A program made the translations under genes and the position numbers. Of a stretch of DNA of 64,000 nucleotides, positions 1 to 9,899 are shown piece by piece. The notes under the pieces are model-generated. The model worked only from the letters and a program-made list of their open reading frames with translations, searched no databases and had not been told where the DNA came from. The stretch comes from an uncultured Chloroflexia bacterium (GTDB lineage Bacteria > Chloroflexota > Anaerolineae > Anaerolineales > E44-bin32). Location of the stretch: NCBI GenBank assembly GCA_963797485.1, contig CAWCPF010000001.1, positions 219,567 through 283,566 on the forward strand, written 5' to 3'. How positions within the stretch are numbered: the first letter of the stretch is position 1; the number at the start of each line of letters is the position of its first letter.

Positions 1-820
1 CCCGCAGCCGCCGCCCGACCTCGTCGCTAAGCTCACGCAACACCCGCTCGAGTGCCGGCCGGTCGTCCAAATCGCGATCGAAGGTCGTTTCCGAAGACAC
101 TGATTTGACCTGATGTTCGTCGACAACCGGCCGATCATCGATGCCCCTGGCGCGCTCGATCAACTCACCAGCTCGGTCCCCAAAGCTCCCCGCCAGACGA
201 TCCCGCTGAAGGACGGCCAATTCGCCGATGGTTTGGACCCCCAAGCTGTCCAGCGCCGCACGCGTCTTGGGTCCTACCCCCCACAGCATGCTCACCGGCA
301 GCGGGGCCAGAAACTCGGCCGCCTTCCCCGGAGGGACCGTGATCAACCCGTCGGGCTTACCCACCTCGGTGGCGATCTTGGCCACCAGTTTGCTCTCCGC
401 CACGCCCCAGGATGTCGTCAGGCCGGTTGAGTGCAGGATGGCCGCCTTGAGATCTTCTGCAACCATCTGTCCGCTGCGCGGATCGTCGGACACGTCCAGG
501 AAGGCCTCGTCGATCGATATCGGCTCCACCAAAGGGGCGGAGTCCCTCAGCAGGGCCATGACCTTGTGGGAGTATTCTCCATAGGTCCCGTGACGGCCGG
601 AAACGACGATCAGGTGCGGACACAAACGCAAGGCCTGCGAGGTTGGCATGGCCGACCGCACGCCAAAAGCGCGGGCAGGATAGGAAGCTGAGGCGACGAC
701 ACCCCGGCTGCCCGGCCTGCCGCCCACCACAAAAGGCTTACCCGCCAGCTCGGGTTGAAGCAGGGCCTCCACCGAGCAGAAGAAGGCATCCAGATCGACG
801 TGGAGTATCTTTCGACCCAA
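1..820 (-). CDS. dinB: DNA polymerase IV (Y-family), N-terminal part; runs off the left edge
   Basis: Manual translation from TTG at 820 gives MGRKILHVDLDAFFCSVE...GKPFVVGG...RGVVASASYPARAFGVRSAMP, the DinB signature. Absent from the ORF track because there is no stop in the window. Confidence 0.93.
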   Translation of the reverse strand, partial: MGRKILHVDLDAFFCSVEALLQPELAGKPFVVGGRPGSRGVVASASYPARAFGVRSAMPTSQALRLCPHLIVVSGRHGTYGEYSHKVMALLRDSAPLVEPISIDEAFLDVSDDPRSGQMVAEDLKAAILHSTGLTTSWGVAESKLVAKIATEVGKPDGLITVPPGKAAEFLAPLPVSMLWGVGPKTRAALDSLGVQTIGELAVLQRDRLAGSFGDRAGELIERARGIDDRPVVDEHQVKSVSSETTFDRDLDDRPALERVLRELSDEVGRRLR

Positions 821-833
821 ACTCCGCCCCTTA

Positions 834-862
834 TCGACAGCCAGGACGACCTCCCTTAGAAT
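834..862 (+). promoter_or_regulatory. Putative sigma70-type promoter of the small zinc-binding protein gene
   Basis: TCGACA-N17-TAGAAT, followed by SD GGAGG (879-883) and ATG at 889. Confidence 0.55.
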
Positions 863-888
863 GGGGACGTCAAGATCCGGAGGCGCCC

Positions 889-1185
889 ATGCGAATATGC
901 ACTGTCTGCAACTCGACGTCCCCTGACACAGCCGAAACGTGTGTCTCTTGCGGTGCCGATCTGGCTCAACTGTCAGAAACCGCGGTCGTGCTCGCCCGCC
1001 TCAAATCCAATCCGCGCGTGGGGACCGTTCGCCTTATTCCGCACGCGGATTGCTGCCCGGCCTGTCGGGACGCCGAGGGCGTCTGGTCGAAAGATGAAGT
1101 CCCCGATCTGCCAGTTCAAGGGTGCTCAAATCCCATGGGCTGCCGGTGTTTCTACGAGCCAGAATTGATCGACATCTACCCCTGA
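889..1185 (+). CDS. Small Cys-rich protein (zinc ribbon plus second Cys cluster), 98 aa
   Basis: GGAGG SD; CTVC-x10-CVSC zinc ribbon; C-terminal CCPAC...GC...GCRC. Confidence 0.8.
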   Translation: MRICTVCNSTSPDTAETCVSCGADLAQLSETAVVLARLKSNPRVGTVRLIPHADCCPACRDAEGVWSKDEVPDLPVQGCSNPMGCRCFYEPELIDIYP

Positions 1186-2684
1186 GGATCGGGGTCCCCA
1201 TCCCCGCCTTCGCTTCCGACGGCCAACTGCTGCTTGACGAACTCGAGCGCCTCGGAGCGGGTCGACACCAACCCGTCGGCTTGAGCCTGGCGCAGGCTGT
1301 CCAGCAGGCGCCCCACCTGGGGTCCGGGCTCGAGATCCAATTCACGCATCAGCTCGTCCCCCCTAACCAGAATCGCCGGGGACACTTCCTGCCCGCCCCG
1401 ATCGAAGTAGGCCGCAAACAACCTGCGAACTGTGGCCATTCGCGCCTGCCAGCGATCCGGGTCCGCCGGTGCACCGGTCTGGCCCCGCAGATCGGCTAGC
1501 GACAGCATGCCGATTTCTAATCCTTCGATGCCGGCGGCCTGAAAGTATCGGTAGACCGCCCTGCCCGTGATGCGTGACTCGTGCGCCAGGTGGCCGGGCC
1601 GCATGTGGTGCGCGATCACGCGCCGGATGACGGCGGTCTCATGACCACTGAGTTTCAGCGCGGCGGCGCGGCGCGCCGCCAGCTCGGCCCCGACGGCCTC
1701 GTGGCCCAGGAACTGAAGCTTGCCCTGGTCGTTGACTGTCCGAGTGGCCGGCTTGCCAATGTCGTGGAGCAGGCCAGCCAGCAGCAGGCTCTGCCCACGG
1801 GTTCGCTCCTGGCCTACCTCAGACACGAGATGCGCACGCACAGCCGCTGAATACGGCTCCAGCCCGCTCCAGACCTCCCGCGCGTCGCCGCCGCCGGACA
1901 ACCACGCACTCAGGTGACTGACCACGCGTACGGAGTGTTCGAGCACGTTGAACTCATGCGGCGCCGCCTGGTCACAGGTCGCCAAAGGGGTCAACTCGGG
2001 CACAAGCTCCGGAAGCAGTTCCAGCTCGAGAAGTTGTCGGAGTGCCGCGATGGCGGCCGGCAGCCCGAGTATCCGGTACATCTCATCCCGGACGCGCTCG
2101 GCCGACACGCGCCGCATGTCGCCACGGATGGAGCGCAGCTGGTCGAGCGTGGCCGCATCCGTCGTCAGACCAAACTCGTGGCTAAGTCGCACGCCACGCC
2201 AGGCGCGGACCGGATCGGAAACCATCGCATCGGGCCCGCAGGCGCGCAGGATTCGGCTCTCGAGGTCAGCCCGGCCGCCGGTTGGATCCACGATCTCTTG
2301 AGGGGTGCGCAGTTCGACCGCTAGCGCGTCGACGGTGAAATCGCGCAGGCGCAGATCGGCTTCCAGGGATCCGCCAATCATGCGGTTGAAATCCAGTGTC
2401 AGCCGGTTCCCGTCGCGGGGGCCAACCAGAACCCGGCCCGTGTCCCGCACTGGATCGAGATCGAAATAATCGCCCCCAACCTGATCGGCCACCCGCCGCC
2501 CAGCCTTGCGCGCATCCCTCTCGACCATGAAATCGTAGTCCCGGCTGGGATGCCCGACCAGCCGATCGCGCACGGCCCCACCTACCAGCCAGACCTCATC
2601 ATCCGGCCCGAAGCAAGCCCGGACTCGATCGACCAGCTCGGGCCAATCCAGGGTCGGATTCTGCGAATCGGGCTTGGGCATCAC
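1176..2684 (-). CDS. CCA-adding enzyme / poly(A) polymerase family protein with HD domain
   Basis: VGGAVRD, DYD, RDFTVDA, SAERVRDE and LLHDIGK (HD) motifs. Confidence 0.9.
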   Translation of the reverse strand: MMPKPDSQNPTLDWPELVDRVRACFGPDDEVWLVGGAVRDRLVGHPSRDYDFMVERDARKAGRRVADQVGGDYFDLDPVRDTGRVLVGPRDGNRLTLDFNRMIGGSLEADLRLRDFTVDALAVELRTPQEIVDPTGGRADLESRILRACGPDAMVSDPVRAWRGVRLSHEFGLTTDAATLDQLRSIRGDMRRVSAERVRDEMYRILGLPAAIAALRQLLELELLPELVPELTPLATCDQAAPHEFNVLEHSVRVVSHLSAWLSGGGDAREVWSGLEPYSAAVRAHLVSEVGQERTRGQSLLLAGLLHDIGKPATRTVNDQGKLQFLGHEAVGAELAARRAAALKLSGHETAVIRRVIAHHMRPGHLAHESRITGRAVYRYFQAAGIEGLEIGMLSLADLRGQTGAPADPDRWQARMATVRRLFAAYFDRGGQEVSPAILVRGDELMRELDLEPGPQVGRLLDSLRQAQADGLVSTRSEALEFVKQQLAVGSEGGDGDPDPQG

Positions 2685-3238
2685 CCAAATCCTGAGACCC
2701 GATCCGGCCTGACAACTCCAATGAACGGGAGATTGCGGAAGTGTTCGTCCAGATCCAGCCCGTAACCGAAAACGAACTTGTCGGGGATCGTGAAGCCCCG
2801 GTAGTCAATCGGGACGTTCACTTCTCTGCGGGAGTCCTTGTCAAGCAGAGTGCACACTTTGAGCGTGCGTGGCTTGCGTGTCTTCAGGAGCTCCAGCACG
2901 GAGGCTATCGTGTTGCCGCTGTCTATGATGTCTTCGACCAGCAAGACATCGCGTCCTTCGATCGAGGCCGTGAGATCGAGCGTGATGCGCACGTTGCCCC
3001 CGGATTGCCGTGCGCCAGCGCCATACGAAGCCACGGCCATGAAGTCGATCGCATGCGGGATGGTGATCCGCCTCATCAAATCGGTCAAGAACATGACACC
3101 GCCGCGCAGGATGCAGATGAGGAGCAGGTCCCCGCCGGCATAGTCCTGGCTGATGGCTTGCGCCAGCGCGTCGATCCGGGCTTGCAGCTCGGCCTCCCCG
3201 ATCAGCACCTCTCCGAGATATGCCTGGTGCTCGTTCAT
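2681..3238 (-). CDS. hpt: Hypoxanthine phosphoribosyltransferase
   Basis: [22 protein letters not shown]-binding loop, FVFGYGLD...RNLPFIG. Confidence 0.95.
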   Translation of the reverse strand: MNEHQAYLGEVLIGEAELQARIDALAQAISQDYAGGDLLLICILRGGVMFLTDLMRRITIPHAIDFMAVASYGAGARQSGGNVRITLDLTASIEGRDVLLVEDIIDSGNTIASVLELLKTRKPRTLKVCTLLDKDSRREVNVPIDYRGFTIPDKFVFGYGLDLDEHFRNLPFIGVVRPDRVSGFG

Positions 3239-3817
3239 GCTTCGCCCCGCGGGACTTCGTGATGCCGGCGACAGCGAGCTTCGTACAATTCGGCCGCCCC
3301 GACCACGACGATAGGGTCATCAAAGCGCGCCGGACGGCCGTCGATCAGCCGCTGAGTCCTGGAGGCCAGCTCACCACAAACCATGCAGATGGCATGCAGC
3401 TTGTCGACCACCTCGGCCAACGCCATCAAATCCGGCATCGGCCCAAAGGGCTCGCCTCGAAAATCGGTGTCCAGACCGGCCACAATCGCCCTCAACCCGC
3501 TGTCGGCCAGGCCCTGCACAACTTCGAGGATATCTCGATCGAAAAACTGGGCCTCGTCGATGCCTACGACGGTCGTTTCGGGTTGCAGCCTGCCAGGGAT
3601 CAGCCCGGCTCGCTCGACCACTTCGGCCTCGAATTCCGAGCCGGCGTGCGAGGTGACCTTGCCCTCATCGTAGACGCGTGTCCACGCTCGGCTTGAATAC
3701 CTGGATCGGCTGGCGCGCGATCCGCGCCCTGCGCAGCCGGCGTATCAGCTCGTCCGTCTTCCCGCTGAACATGGATCCGGTCACGACTTCGACGCCGCCG
3801 GCAGTGTGTTTTACCAA
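3235..3817 (-). CDS. tdk: Thymidine kinase (frameshift near 3672)
   Basis: GSMFSGKT Walker A in the 5' [21 protein letters not shown] and YEARCRRH in the 3' ORF. The frames join as [14 protein letters not shown] if one base is removed. SD GGAGGTG precedes TTG at 3817. Confidence 0.9.
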
Positions 3818-3839
3818 GTGGATGACACCTCCTGGGGGG

Positions 3840-3871
3840 AAAAGCAACGGGCAGGTGGGTTCACCTGCCCG
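3840..3871 (-). terminator. Hairpin, probable intrinsic terminator after rpmE
   Basis: Perfect 10-bp stem CGGGCAGGTG/CACCTGCCCG with a 4-nt loop, then TTGCTTTT on the minus strand. Confidence 0.65.
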
Positions 3872-3909
3872 AGTGTACCTCAGCCGGTTGGACCTGCAAA
3901 TTGCCGGGA

Positions 3910-4383
3910 TTACACCTGCGGTTCGGCGGCAGTGTCTGGCATTTCGAAGCCCTGACGTTTGAGCGCCCGCTTCAAATCCGCCAGGCTCTTGCGACCGAAG
4001 CCTTCGATCTCCAGCATCGCCTGATCGCCCTGCGCTAGCCGGTCCAGGGCCTGGCCCACCACTTCGATCCCGGCGCTCGCCAAAGCTGTCTCGATGCGGC
4101 TCCCCAACTCAAGCTCATGGATGGGCAGCTGCGGGGAGGTTTGGGCCGACTCGCGCGCCGTCTGTTCTTCGAGATATTCCTGGCGGGCCTGGAGCTTCTT
4201 GTAGAAGCGGTCAACCTGGCCCTCGGTGTCCACGATTCGCTGCTCGCCCGTGAAGAACGGGTGGCATTGTGAGCACACGTCGGTGTGGATCTCTTCCACC
4301 GTCGAACCGGTGGTCCACGTGTTTCCGCACACGCACGTCACCTTGGCCTCGGGAAAGTACGTTGGATGCAAATCCTGCTTCAT
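3910..4383 (-). CDS. rpmE: 50S ribosomal protein L31 (zinc-binding type) fused to an RNA polymerase alpha-CTD-like domain
   Basis: N-terminal HPTY...CVCG...[12 protein letters not shown]...[10 protein letters not shown] is L31. C-terminal [20 protein letters not shown]...[16 protein letters not shown] matches the alpha-CTD pattern. Confidence 0.9.
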   Translation of the reverse strand: MKQDLHPTYFPEAKVTCVCGNTWTTGSTVEEIHTDVCSQCHPFFTGEQRIVDTEGQVDRFYKKLQARQEYLEEQTARESAQTSPQLPIHELELGSRIETALASAGIEVVGQALDRLAQGDQAMLEIEGFGRKSLADLKRALKRQGFEMPDTAAEPQV

Positions 4384-4490
4384 GGTTTGACCTCACTCCC
4401 CATTCAGGATCGAGGCGCCGGTCCTTGGGTGGCTGATCCTGGGGAATGGACTCAGCCGGGCGGAGCCGACGCCGGTTTATAGATCGCGCC

Positions 4491-4748
4491 TCAAGCCTTC
4501 GGAACCACGCTCACCCGCTTGTGCCCGCCGCGCATGAAGTCGTACACGACCACGCCCTCGGCGGTGGCGAACAGGGAGTCATCCCCTGCCCGCTTCACAT
4601 TCAAACCCGGATGGATTCGCGTGCCGCGCTGCCGCACCAGGATGTGGCCCGACAGAACCTGTTCGCCGGCGTACTTCTTAACGCCCAGGCGCTGTGATTG
4701 GCTGTCACGCCCATTGCGGCTGGAACCGCCGCCTTTTTTGTGTGCCAC
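4491..4748 (-). CDS. rpmA: 50S ribosomal protein L27
   Basis: [16 protein letters not shown]...RLGVK...ILVRQRGT. Confidence 0.97.
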   Translation of the reverse strand: MAHKKGGGSSRNGRDSQSQRLGVKKYAGEQVLSGHILVRQRGTRIHPGLNVKRAGDDSLFATAEGVVVYDFMRGGHKRVSVVPKA

Positions 4749-4765
4749 GTCGGTCCTCTTTTCTC

Positions 4766-5320
4766 CTACTCGGACTTCTTGGTCTTACGCCCAGCGGGTG
4801 CCTTCTTGCCGGCTGGCACGCGCTTGCCGGTGGCCGGCTTGGCGGCCGGTTTCTTTGGCGCCCCCGCCCTGGTGGTGCGCGTCTTGGGTGCCTCTCCAGC
4901 CGGCGGTCGCTTCCTGCGGCTGGCGGCCGGGGCGGCATCAACCGCCGCTTCGGGTCCTGCCGCAACGACTGGCTCGGCTTTGGGAGCCGCCTTTTTCACC
5001 TGGCCCGCACCCAGGATATCGTCAATCATCACCCGGGTGTAACGCTGACGGTGGCCCGCTCGGCGACGATAGCGGAGCTTCGCCCGGTACTTGAAGATAC
5101 GAACCTTGGGCCCCTTGATTTCCTCAACCACGTGGCCCAGGACCTGCGCCCCCTTGAGATGGGGCTTTCCAACCTGCGGGCTGCCATTATCGGCCAGGAG
5201 CAGCACCTTGTCGAAGGCCACGGCTTCCCCTGCAGCCAACTGCAAGCGGTCGACTTCAATGACTTCACCCGAGCGGGCGATGTACTGTTTCCCCCCGCTC
5301 TCCACGATGGCGTACGGCAT
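4766..5320 (-). CDS. rplU: 50S ribosomal protein L21 with a long Ala/Lys/Pro-rich C-terminal tail
   Basis: [13 protein letters not shown]...KVRIFKY...[19 protein letters not shown] before ATG at 5320. Confidence 0.95.
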   Translation of the reverse strand: MPYAIVESGGKQYIARSGEVIEVDRLQLAAGEAVAFDKVLLLADNGSPQVGKPHLKGAQVLGHVVEEIKGPKVRIFKYRAKLRYRRRAGHRQRYTRVMIDDILGAGQVKKAAPKAEPVVAAGPEAAVDAAPAASRRKRPPAGEAPKTRTTRAGAPKKPAAKPATGKRVPAGKKAPAGRKTKKSE

Positions 5321-5433
5321 AACTTTCCTCCAGCTTCGCTTCGCCGCCGTCTGCGCGGTGCATGCCGCCCAGCGACGGGGAAGTTGGGGATCAAGGACCC
5401 GCCCCGACCTCAAGCGGTGGGGCAGGTCATCGG

Positions 5434-5463
5434 ATTATAAAGGTCGGCTCGCCGGGCTGTCAA
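5434..5463 (-). promoter_or_regulatory. Consensus sigma70 promoter of rplU-rpmA-rpmE
   Basis: TTGACA (5463-5458)-N18-TATAAT (5439-5434). Confidence 0.8.
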
Positions 5464-5484
5464 CGGCCAGCCCCCACGTCTCAC

Positions 5485-8400
5485 TCAGTCAGCGGCCACA
5501 GCCTCAAACTCGGTGAGAGGTGACTCCTCGGTCAGGCGTTCCCCGTCCAGCCGTTCATCATGCAGCACTACTTCCTCGCCCGGGAAACCAGTCCCGGCCG
5601 GGATGAGCTTGCCGATGATGACGTTCTCCTTCAGGCCGCGAAGGAAATCGACCTTGCCCTCGATAGCCGCACCCGCCAGGACCTTGATGGTGTGCTGGAA
5701 GGATGAGGCTGACAGGAAGGATTCGGTGTTCAGGGACGCCTTGGTCACGCCCAGCAGCACCTGGGCCGCCCACGCCGGCTGCTTGCCCTCTTCGCGCATC
5801 TGGTCGTTCATCCGCTGCAGGAACAGCCGGTCGACCAGGTCACCAGGCAGGAGATCGGTGTGCCCTGGGTGAGTGATCTGGACCTTGGACAGCATCTTGC
5901 GAATGATCACCTCGAAGTGTTTGTCGTTGATGTTCTGGCCCTGCGACCGGTAGACTTTTTGAACTTCGGTGAGCAGGTAGAGCTGCGCCGCGTCGCTGCC
6001 CAGGATGCGCAGAATGCGGTGCGGATTGAGCGAACCCTCGGTCAGCTGGTGACCGGCTTCCACCTTCTCCCCGTCCTTGACCAACAAACGGGCGCTGGCT
6101 GGGATGTCGTACTCGACATCATCGATCTGATCATATGAGACGACCACGGTGCGCTCGTCAATCCGCAGCCTGCCCCCATGGCTGGCACGAATCTCGCTGT
6201 CGCCTCGGCTGGCGATCAGCTCACCTTCGGTGATCTCCGTGCCGTCTTCGACTTTGAGCGACCAGTTGCCGGGAACGTTGTACTCATCCTTGATCAACTG
6301 GCTGTTGACGACACGCACGATGCGCGGCCCCTCGGGCACGTCAGGGCGATGGACGTGCACGGTTCCGGCGATCTCACACAGGATGGCCTCGCCGCGCGGT
6401 TTCTTCCGCGCCTCGAAAAGCTCTTCAACTCGGGGAAGGCCGGTGGTGATGTCACCGCCGGCCGCCACACCGCCGGTGTGGAACGTCCGCAGCGTGAGCT
6501 GGGTCCCGGGTTCTCCGATTGACTGGGCTGCCACGATGCCGACCGCGGCGCCGAGCTCGACGATCCGGCCCCGGCCAAGATCCATCCCGTAGCAGTTCAT
6601 GCACATGCCGAATTGCAGCTCACACGTGAGCGGGGATCGGACATACACCTCGGGTACACCCGAGCGATCGAGGCGCTTGGCCAGCTCGAAATCGACCAGT
6701 TCGTTCTTCTTGGCCAGTACCTCACCCGTCTCCGGATGCACCGCCCGCTTAGCCATGATACGCCCGTTCAGCCGCGACGTGAAATCCTGTCCGGCCACAT
6801 CGTCGCTGCGGCGGACCCAAATTCCAGCTTCGGTCCCACAGTCTTCAGAGTTGATGATGACGTCCTGAGCCACATCGACGAGCCGCCGCGTCAGATAGCC
6901 TGCGTCGGCTGTACGAAGGGCTGTGTCGGTCAAGCCCTTTCGGGCCCCGTGGGTTGAAATGAAGTACTCCAGCGTGCTCAGGCCGTCACGGAAGCTGGAG
7001 CGGATTGGGAGCGGGATGATGCGCCCGGCGGGATCGGCCATCAGACCGCGCATGCCGGCCAGCTGCGAGATCGGGCCGAAGCCGCCTTTGGTGGCGCCCG
7101 AGATCGCCATCGTACTCAGGTTGCCCGACGGGTCCATCGCGTCGCGGACGGCGGAAGCCACCTGTGTGGTGGTTGCCTGCCACAGCTCGATGACCCGCTC
7201 GGTCTGTTCCTGCTCGGTCAGCAGGCCGCGCTCATAGTCCCGACGGACTTCGTCAGCTTCTTCGAGAGTCTTGGCGATGATCTCGGACTTTGCCGCGGGG
7301 ACTGAAATATCCGAGACCACGATCGTCGTTCCCGATCGCGTGGCGTATTGGAACCCGATGTCCTTGATGGCATCCACTACGGCCGGTGTGCCGTCTTCAC
7401 GCAGGAGTTGATAGACCTCGCCGACCAGGTCCTGGATCGAGCCTTTGTCGAGGACCCGGTTCACAAAGCGCATCTCATCCGGCAGGATGTGGTTAAACAG
7501 GACCCGGCCGACGGTGGTTTCTATCACACCGGGCTGGCCGGCCTCGAGCCGTTCGTGGTTCTCGTCGTACCAGGTCACCGTGCTCAGCTTGATCGGTGTG
7601 TGGACGCGCACCTGGCCCAGCTGATAAGCCATCTCGACTTCATCCATGGTCGAGAAAGCCCGTCCAGCCCCCGGCTGCTTGGAGCCGTCCACATCCATGG
7701 TCAGGTAGTAAACGCCCAGCACCATGTCCTTGGTCGGCCCGACAATCGGTTCCCCATCGGCCGGCTTGAGCAGGTTGCGCGATGAAAGCATCAGCTCGCG
7801 AGCCTCGGTTACGGCCCGCTCCGACAGCGGCAGGTGCACCGACATCTGATCGCCGTCAAAGTCTGCGTTGAACGCCGAACACACCAGTGGGTGAAGCTGA
7901 ATGGCCTTGCCTTCGACCAGGATGGGCTCAAACGCCTGAATGCCCAGACGGTGCAGCGTCGGTGCCCGGTTGAGCAACACCGGCCGGTCTTTGATGACCT
8001 CTTCCAAGACTTCCCACACCTCGGGCCGCTCGCGTTCAATGATGCGTTTGGCACCCTTCACGTTGGCGGCATAGTTGTAGGCCACCAGCTTGGAGATGAC
8101 GAAGGGCCGGTAAAGCTCGAGGGCCATGGTCTTCGGCAGGCCGCACTGAAAAAGCTTCAGGTGCGGGCCAATGACGATAACCGAGCGCCCCGAATAGTCC
8201 ACGCGCTTGCCGAGCAAGTTGCGGCGGAAGCGCCCCTTCTTTCCCTTGAGCATGTCACTCAGGGATTTGAGTTCTCGGCGGCCGCGGCGTGAAAGGGCTT
8301 TGCCGCGCTGGGCATTGTCGATCAGCGAATCAACCGCTTCCTGGAGCATGCGCTTCTCATTGCGGACAATCACATCCGGGGCGCCCAACTCCACCAGCCG

Positions 8401-9741
8401 CTTGAGCCGGTTGTTGCGGTTGATGACCCGGCGGTAGAGGTCGTTCAGATCGGAGGTGGCAAACCGCCCGCCATCCAGCTGCACCATGGGACGCAGATCC
8501 GGCGGGATCACCGGCAAGACCGTCAACACCATCCATTCGGGGCGATTGTTCGATCGCCGGAAAGCCTCAACCACCTTGAGCCGCTTGGTGGCCTTCTTCT
8601 TGCGCTGCTTGCTGCGGGTTGTGCGAACCTCTTCCCACAGCTCGTCGGCCATCTTGTCCAGGTCAAGCTGCTGCAGGATTTCATAAAAGGCCTCGGCGCC
8701 CATATCGGCGCGAAATACCTGTCCCCACTTGGCTTTCAGTTCTCGGTATCGGCCTTCGCCGAGGAACATCATTTGTTCGATCGACGACAACTCGTCGCGA
8801 TCCTTGATCATGTCCTCTCGGGCGCTCACACCTTCTTCGTCGATCAACTCCCGCAGCTCGACCACCTTTTGATCGGCCTCAGCTTTGACGGTTTCGATGT
8901 GGGTGTCCATCTCGGCCAGAGCCGCCTCGTGGCGCTCCTTGAGGCTGGCTTCGATTTCTTCCAGGCGTATTTTGACCGCCTTCTCGACACGCGCGACATG
9001 TTCGTTGCCGATCGTCTCGCCCTTTTCGGCAATCAGAGTGTCGGTCGCCTTGAATTTGATGCCCGCTCGAATAGCCGAACCCTGCTTCTCGCGCAGGCTG
9101 GCCTCCAGGCGCTGGCCCTCCTGGATGACGGGTTCGATTTCCGCCGCCACCTGCTCGGCATAGGAGCCTTTGAGTTCGCGCTTTTTGGTCTCGTGTTCTT
9201 CGATGCGCTTCTTGCGCTGGGACTTGGTCTTGGCGATGCGTTCGTTGAGGGCCTCGGCCTCTTCCTTCTCGACGCGGTTGATTTCTTCTTCGAGGCGCTT
9301 CAGAGCCTTCTTGCGGGCATCCTCGTCAACGTAAGTGACGACATACTGAGCGAAGTACAGCACACGGTCCAGATTGCGTCGTGAGACATCCAGAAGCAAA
9401 CCCAGATACGACGGTACCCGGCGTGTGTACCATACGTGAGCCACGGGCGCAGCCAACCCAATATGGCCCATGCGCTCGCGCCGCACCGACGAACGCGTCA
9501 CCTCCACCCCGCACTTTTCGCAGGTGATCCCCTTAAAACGAATATTCTTATATTTGCCGCAGTAGCACTGCCAGTCCTTGGTCGGGCCAAAGATGGCCTC
9601 ATCGAACAGGCCGTCCTTTTCGGGCCTCAACCTGCGGTAGTTGATCGTCTCCGGCTTAAGGACCTCACCGTGCGACCAACTCAATATGGTTTCGGGGGAC
9701 GCCAGGCTGATACGCAGCGCTCGAAAACCCTTGGATTCCAC
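5485..9741 (-). CDS. rpoC: RNA polymerase beta' subunit
   Basis: KPETINYR, Zn-binding CYCGKYK...[13 protein letters not shown] catalytic motif, [33 protein letters not shown]. Likely GTG start at 9741 after GGAGG. Confidence 0.98.
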   Translation of the reverse strand: MESKGFRALRISLASPETILSWSHGEVLKPETINYRRLRPEKDGLFDEAIFGPTKDWQCYCGKYKNIRFKGITCEKCGVEVTRSSVRRERMGHIGLAAPVAHVWYTRRVPSYLGLLLDVSRRNLDRVLYFAQYVVTYVDEDARKKALKRLEEEINRVEKEEAEALNERIAKTKSQRKKRIEEHETKKRELKGSYAEQVAAEIEPVIQEGQRLEASLREKQGSAIRAGIKFKATDTLIAEKGETIGNEHVARVEKAVKIRLEEIEASLKERHEAALAEMDTHIETVKAEADQKVVELRELIDEEGVSAREDMIKDRDELSSIEQMMFLGEGRYRELKAKWGQVFRADMGAEAFYEILQQLDLDKMADELWEEVRTTRSKQRKKKATKRLKVVEAFRRSNNRPEWMVLTVLPVIPPDLRPMVQLDGGRFATSDLNDLYRRVINRNNRLKRLVELGAPDVIVRNEKRMLQEAVDSLIDNAQRGKALSRRGRRELKSLSDMLKGKKGRFRRNLLGKRVDYSGRSVIVIGPHLKLFQCGLPKTMALELYRPFVISKLVAYNYAANVKGAKRIIERERPEVWEVLEEVIKDRPVLLNRAPTLHRLGIQAFEPILVEGKAIQLHPLVCSAFNADFDGDQMSVHLPLSERAVTEARELMLSSRNLLKPADGEPIVGPTKDMVLGVYYLTMDVDGSKQPGAGRAFSTMDEVEMAYQLGQVRVHTPIKLSTVTWYDENHERLEAGQPGVIETTVGRVLFNHILPDEMRFVNRVLDKGSIQDLVGEVYQLLREDGTPAVVDAIKDIGFQYATRSGTTIVVSDISVPAAKSEIIAKTLEEADEVRRDYERGLLTEQEQTERVIELWQATTTQVASAVRDAMDPSGNLSTMAISGATKGGFGPISQLAGMRGLMADPAGRIIPLPIRSSFRDGLSTLEYFISTHGARKGLTDTALRTADAGYLTRRLVDVAQDVIINSEDCGTEAGIWVRRSDDVAGQDFTSRLNGRIMAKRAVHPETGEVLAKKNELVDFELAKRLDRSGVPEVYVRSPLTCELQFGMCMNCYGMDLGRGRIVELGAAVGIVAAQSIGEPGTQLTLRTFHTGGVAAGGDITTGLPRVEELFEARKKPRGEAILCEIAGTVHVHRPDVPEGPRIVRVVNSQLIKDEYNVPGNWSLKVEDGTEITEGELIASRGDSEIRASHGGRLRIDERTVVVSYDQIDDVEYDIPASARLLVKDGEKVEAGHQLTEGSLNPHRILRILGSDAAQLYLLTEVQKVYRSQGQNINDKHFEVIIRKMLSKVQITHPGHTDLLPGDLVDRLFLQRMNDQMREEGKQPAWAAQVLLGVTKASLNTESFLSASSFQHTIKVLAGAAIEGKVDFLRGLKENVIIGKLIPAGTGFPGEEVVLHDERLDGERLTEESPLTEFEAVAAD

Positions 9742-9817
9742 CCAGACCTCCACTCAAGAAAGGCGCGAATTTCGCCGGTCAAGCCATTGGGTCGAACAAA
9801 CGTGCTAATTTACAGAC

Positions 9818-9857
9818 AAAGCAAAACAAGCGCAAGAGGATCACGCCTGTTGCGCTT
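9818..9857 (-). terminator. Terminator-like (attenuator-like) hairpin inside the rpoC 5' leader
   Basis: AAGCGCAA-c-AGG-cgtgat-CCT-c-TTGCGCTT followed by GTTTTGCTTT, lying between the promoter and the start codon. Confidence 0.55.
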
Positions 9858-9899
9858 AGCTGGGAGGGGTCGTTATCGCAGGTTCCCCATGTAGGCAGA

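Noticed and set aside
643..888. N-terminal extension of the 643..1185 ORF
   Set aside because: It overlaps dinB on the opposite strand; the promoter and SD point to ATG 889.
821..888. LexA/SOS box upstream of dinB
   Set aside because: No GAAC-N4-GTTC or CTGT-N8-ACAG site is visible.
9793..9806. CGAACAAACGTGCT, resembling a Gram-positive-type LexA box, in the rpoC leader
   Set aside because: One core mismatch, about 90 nt downstream of the promoter, and no comparable site at dinB; too weak alone.
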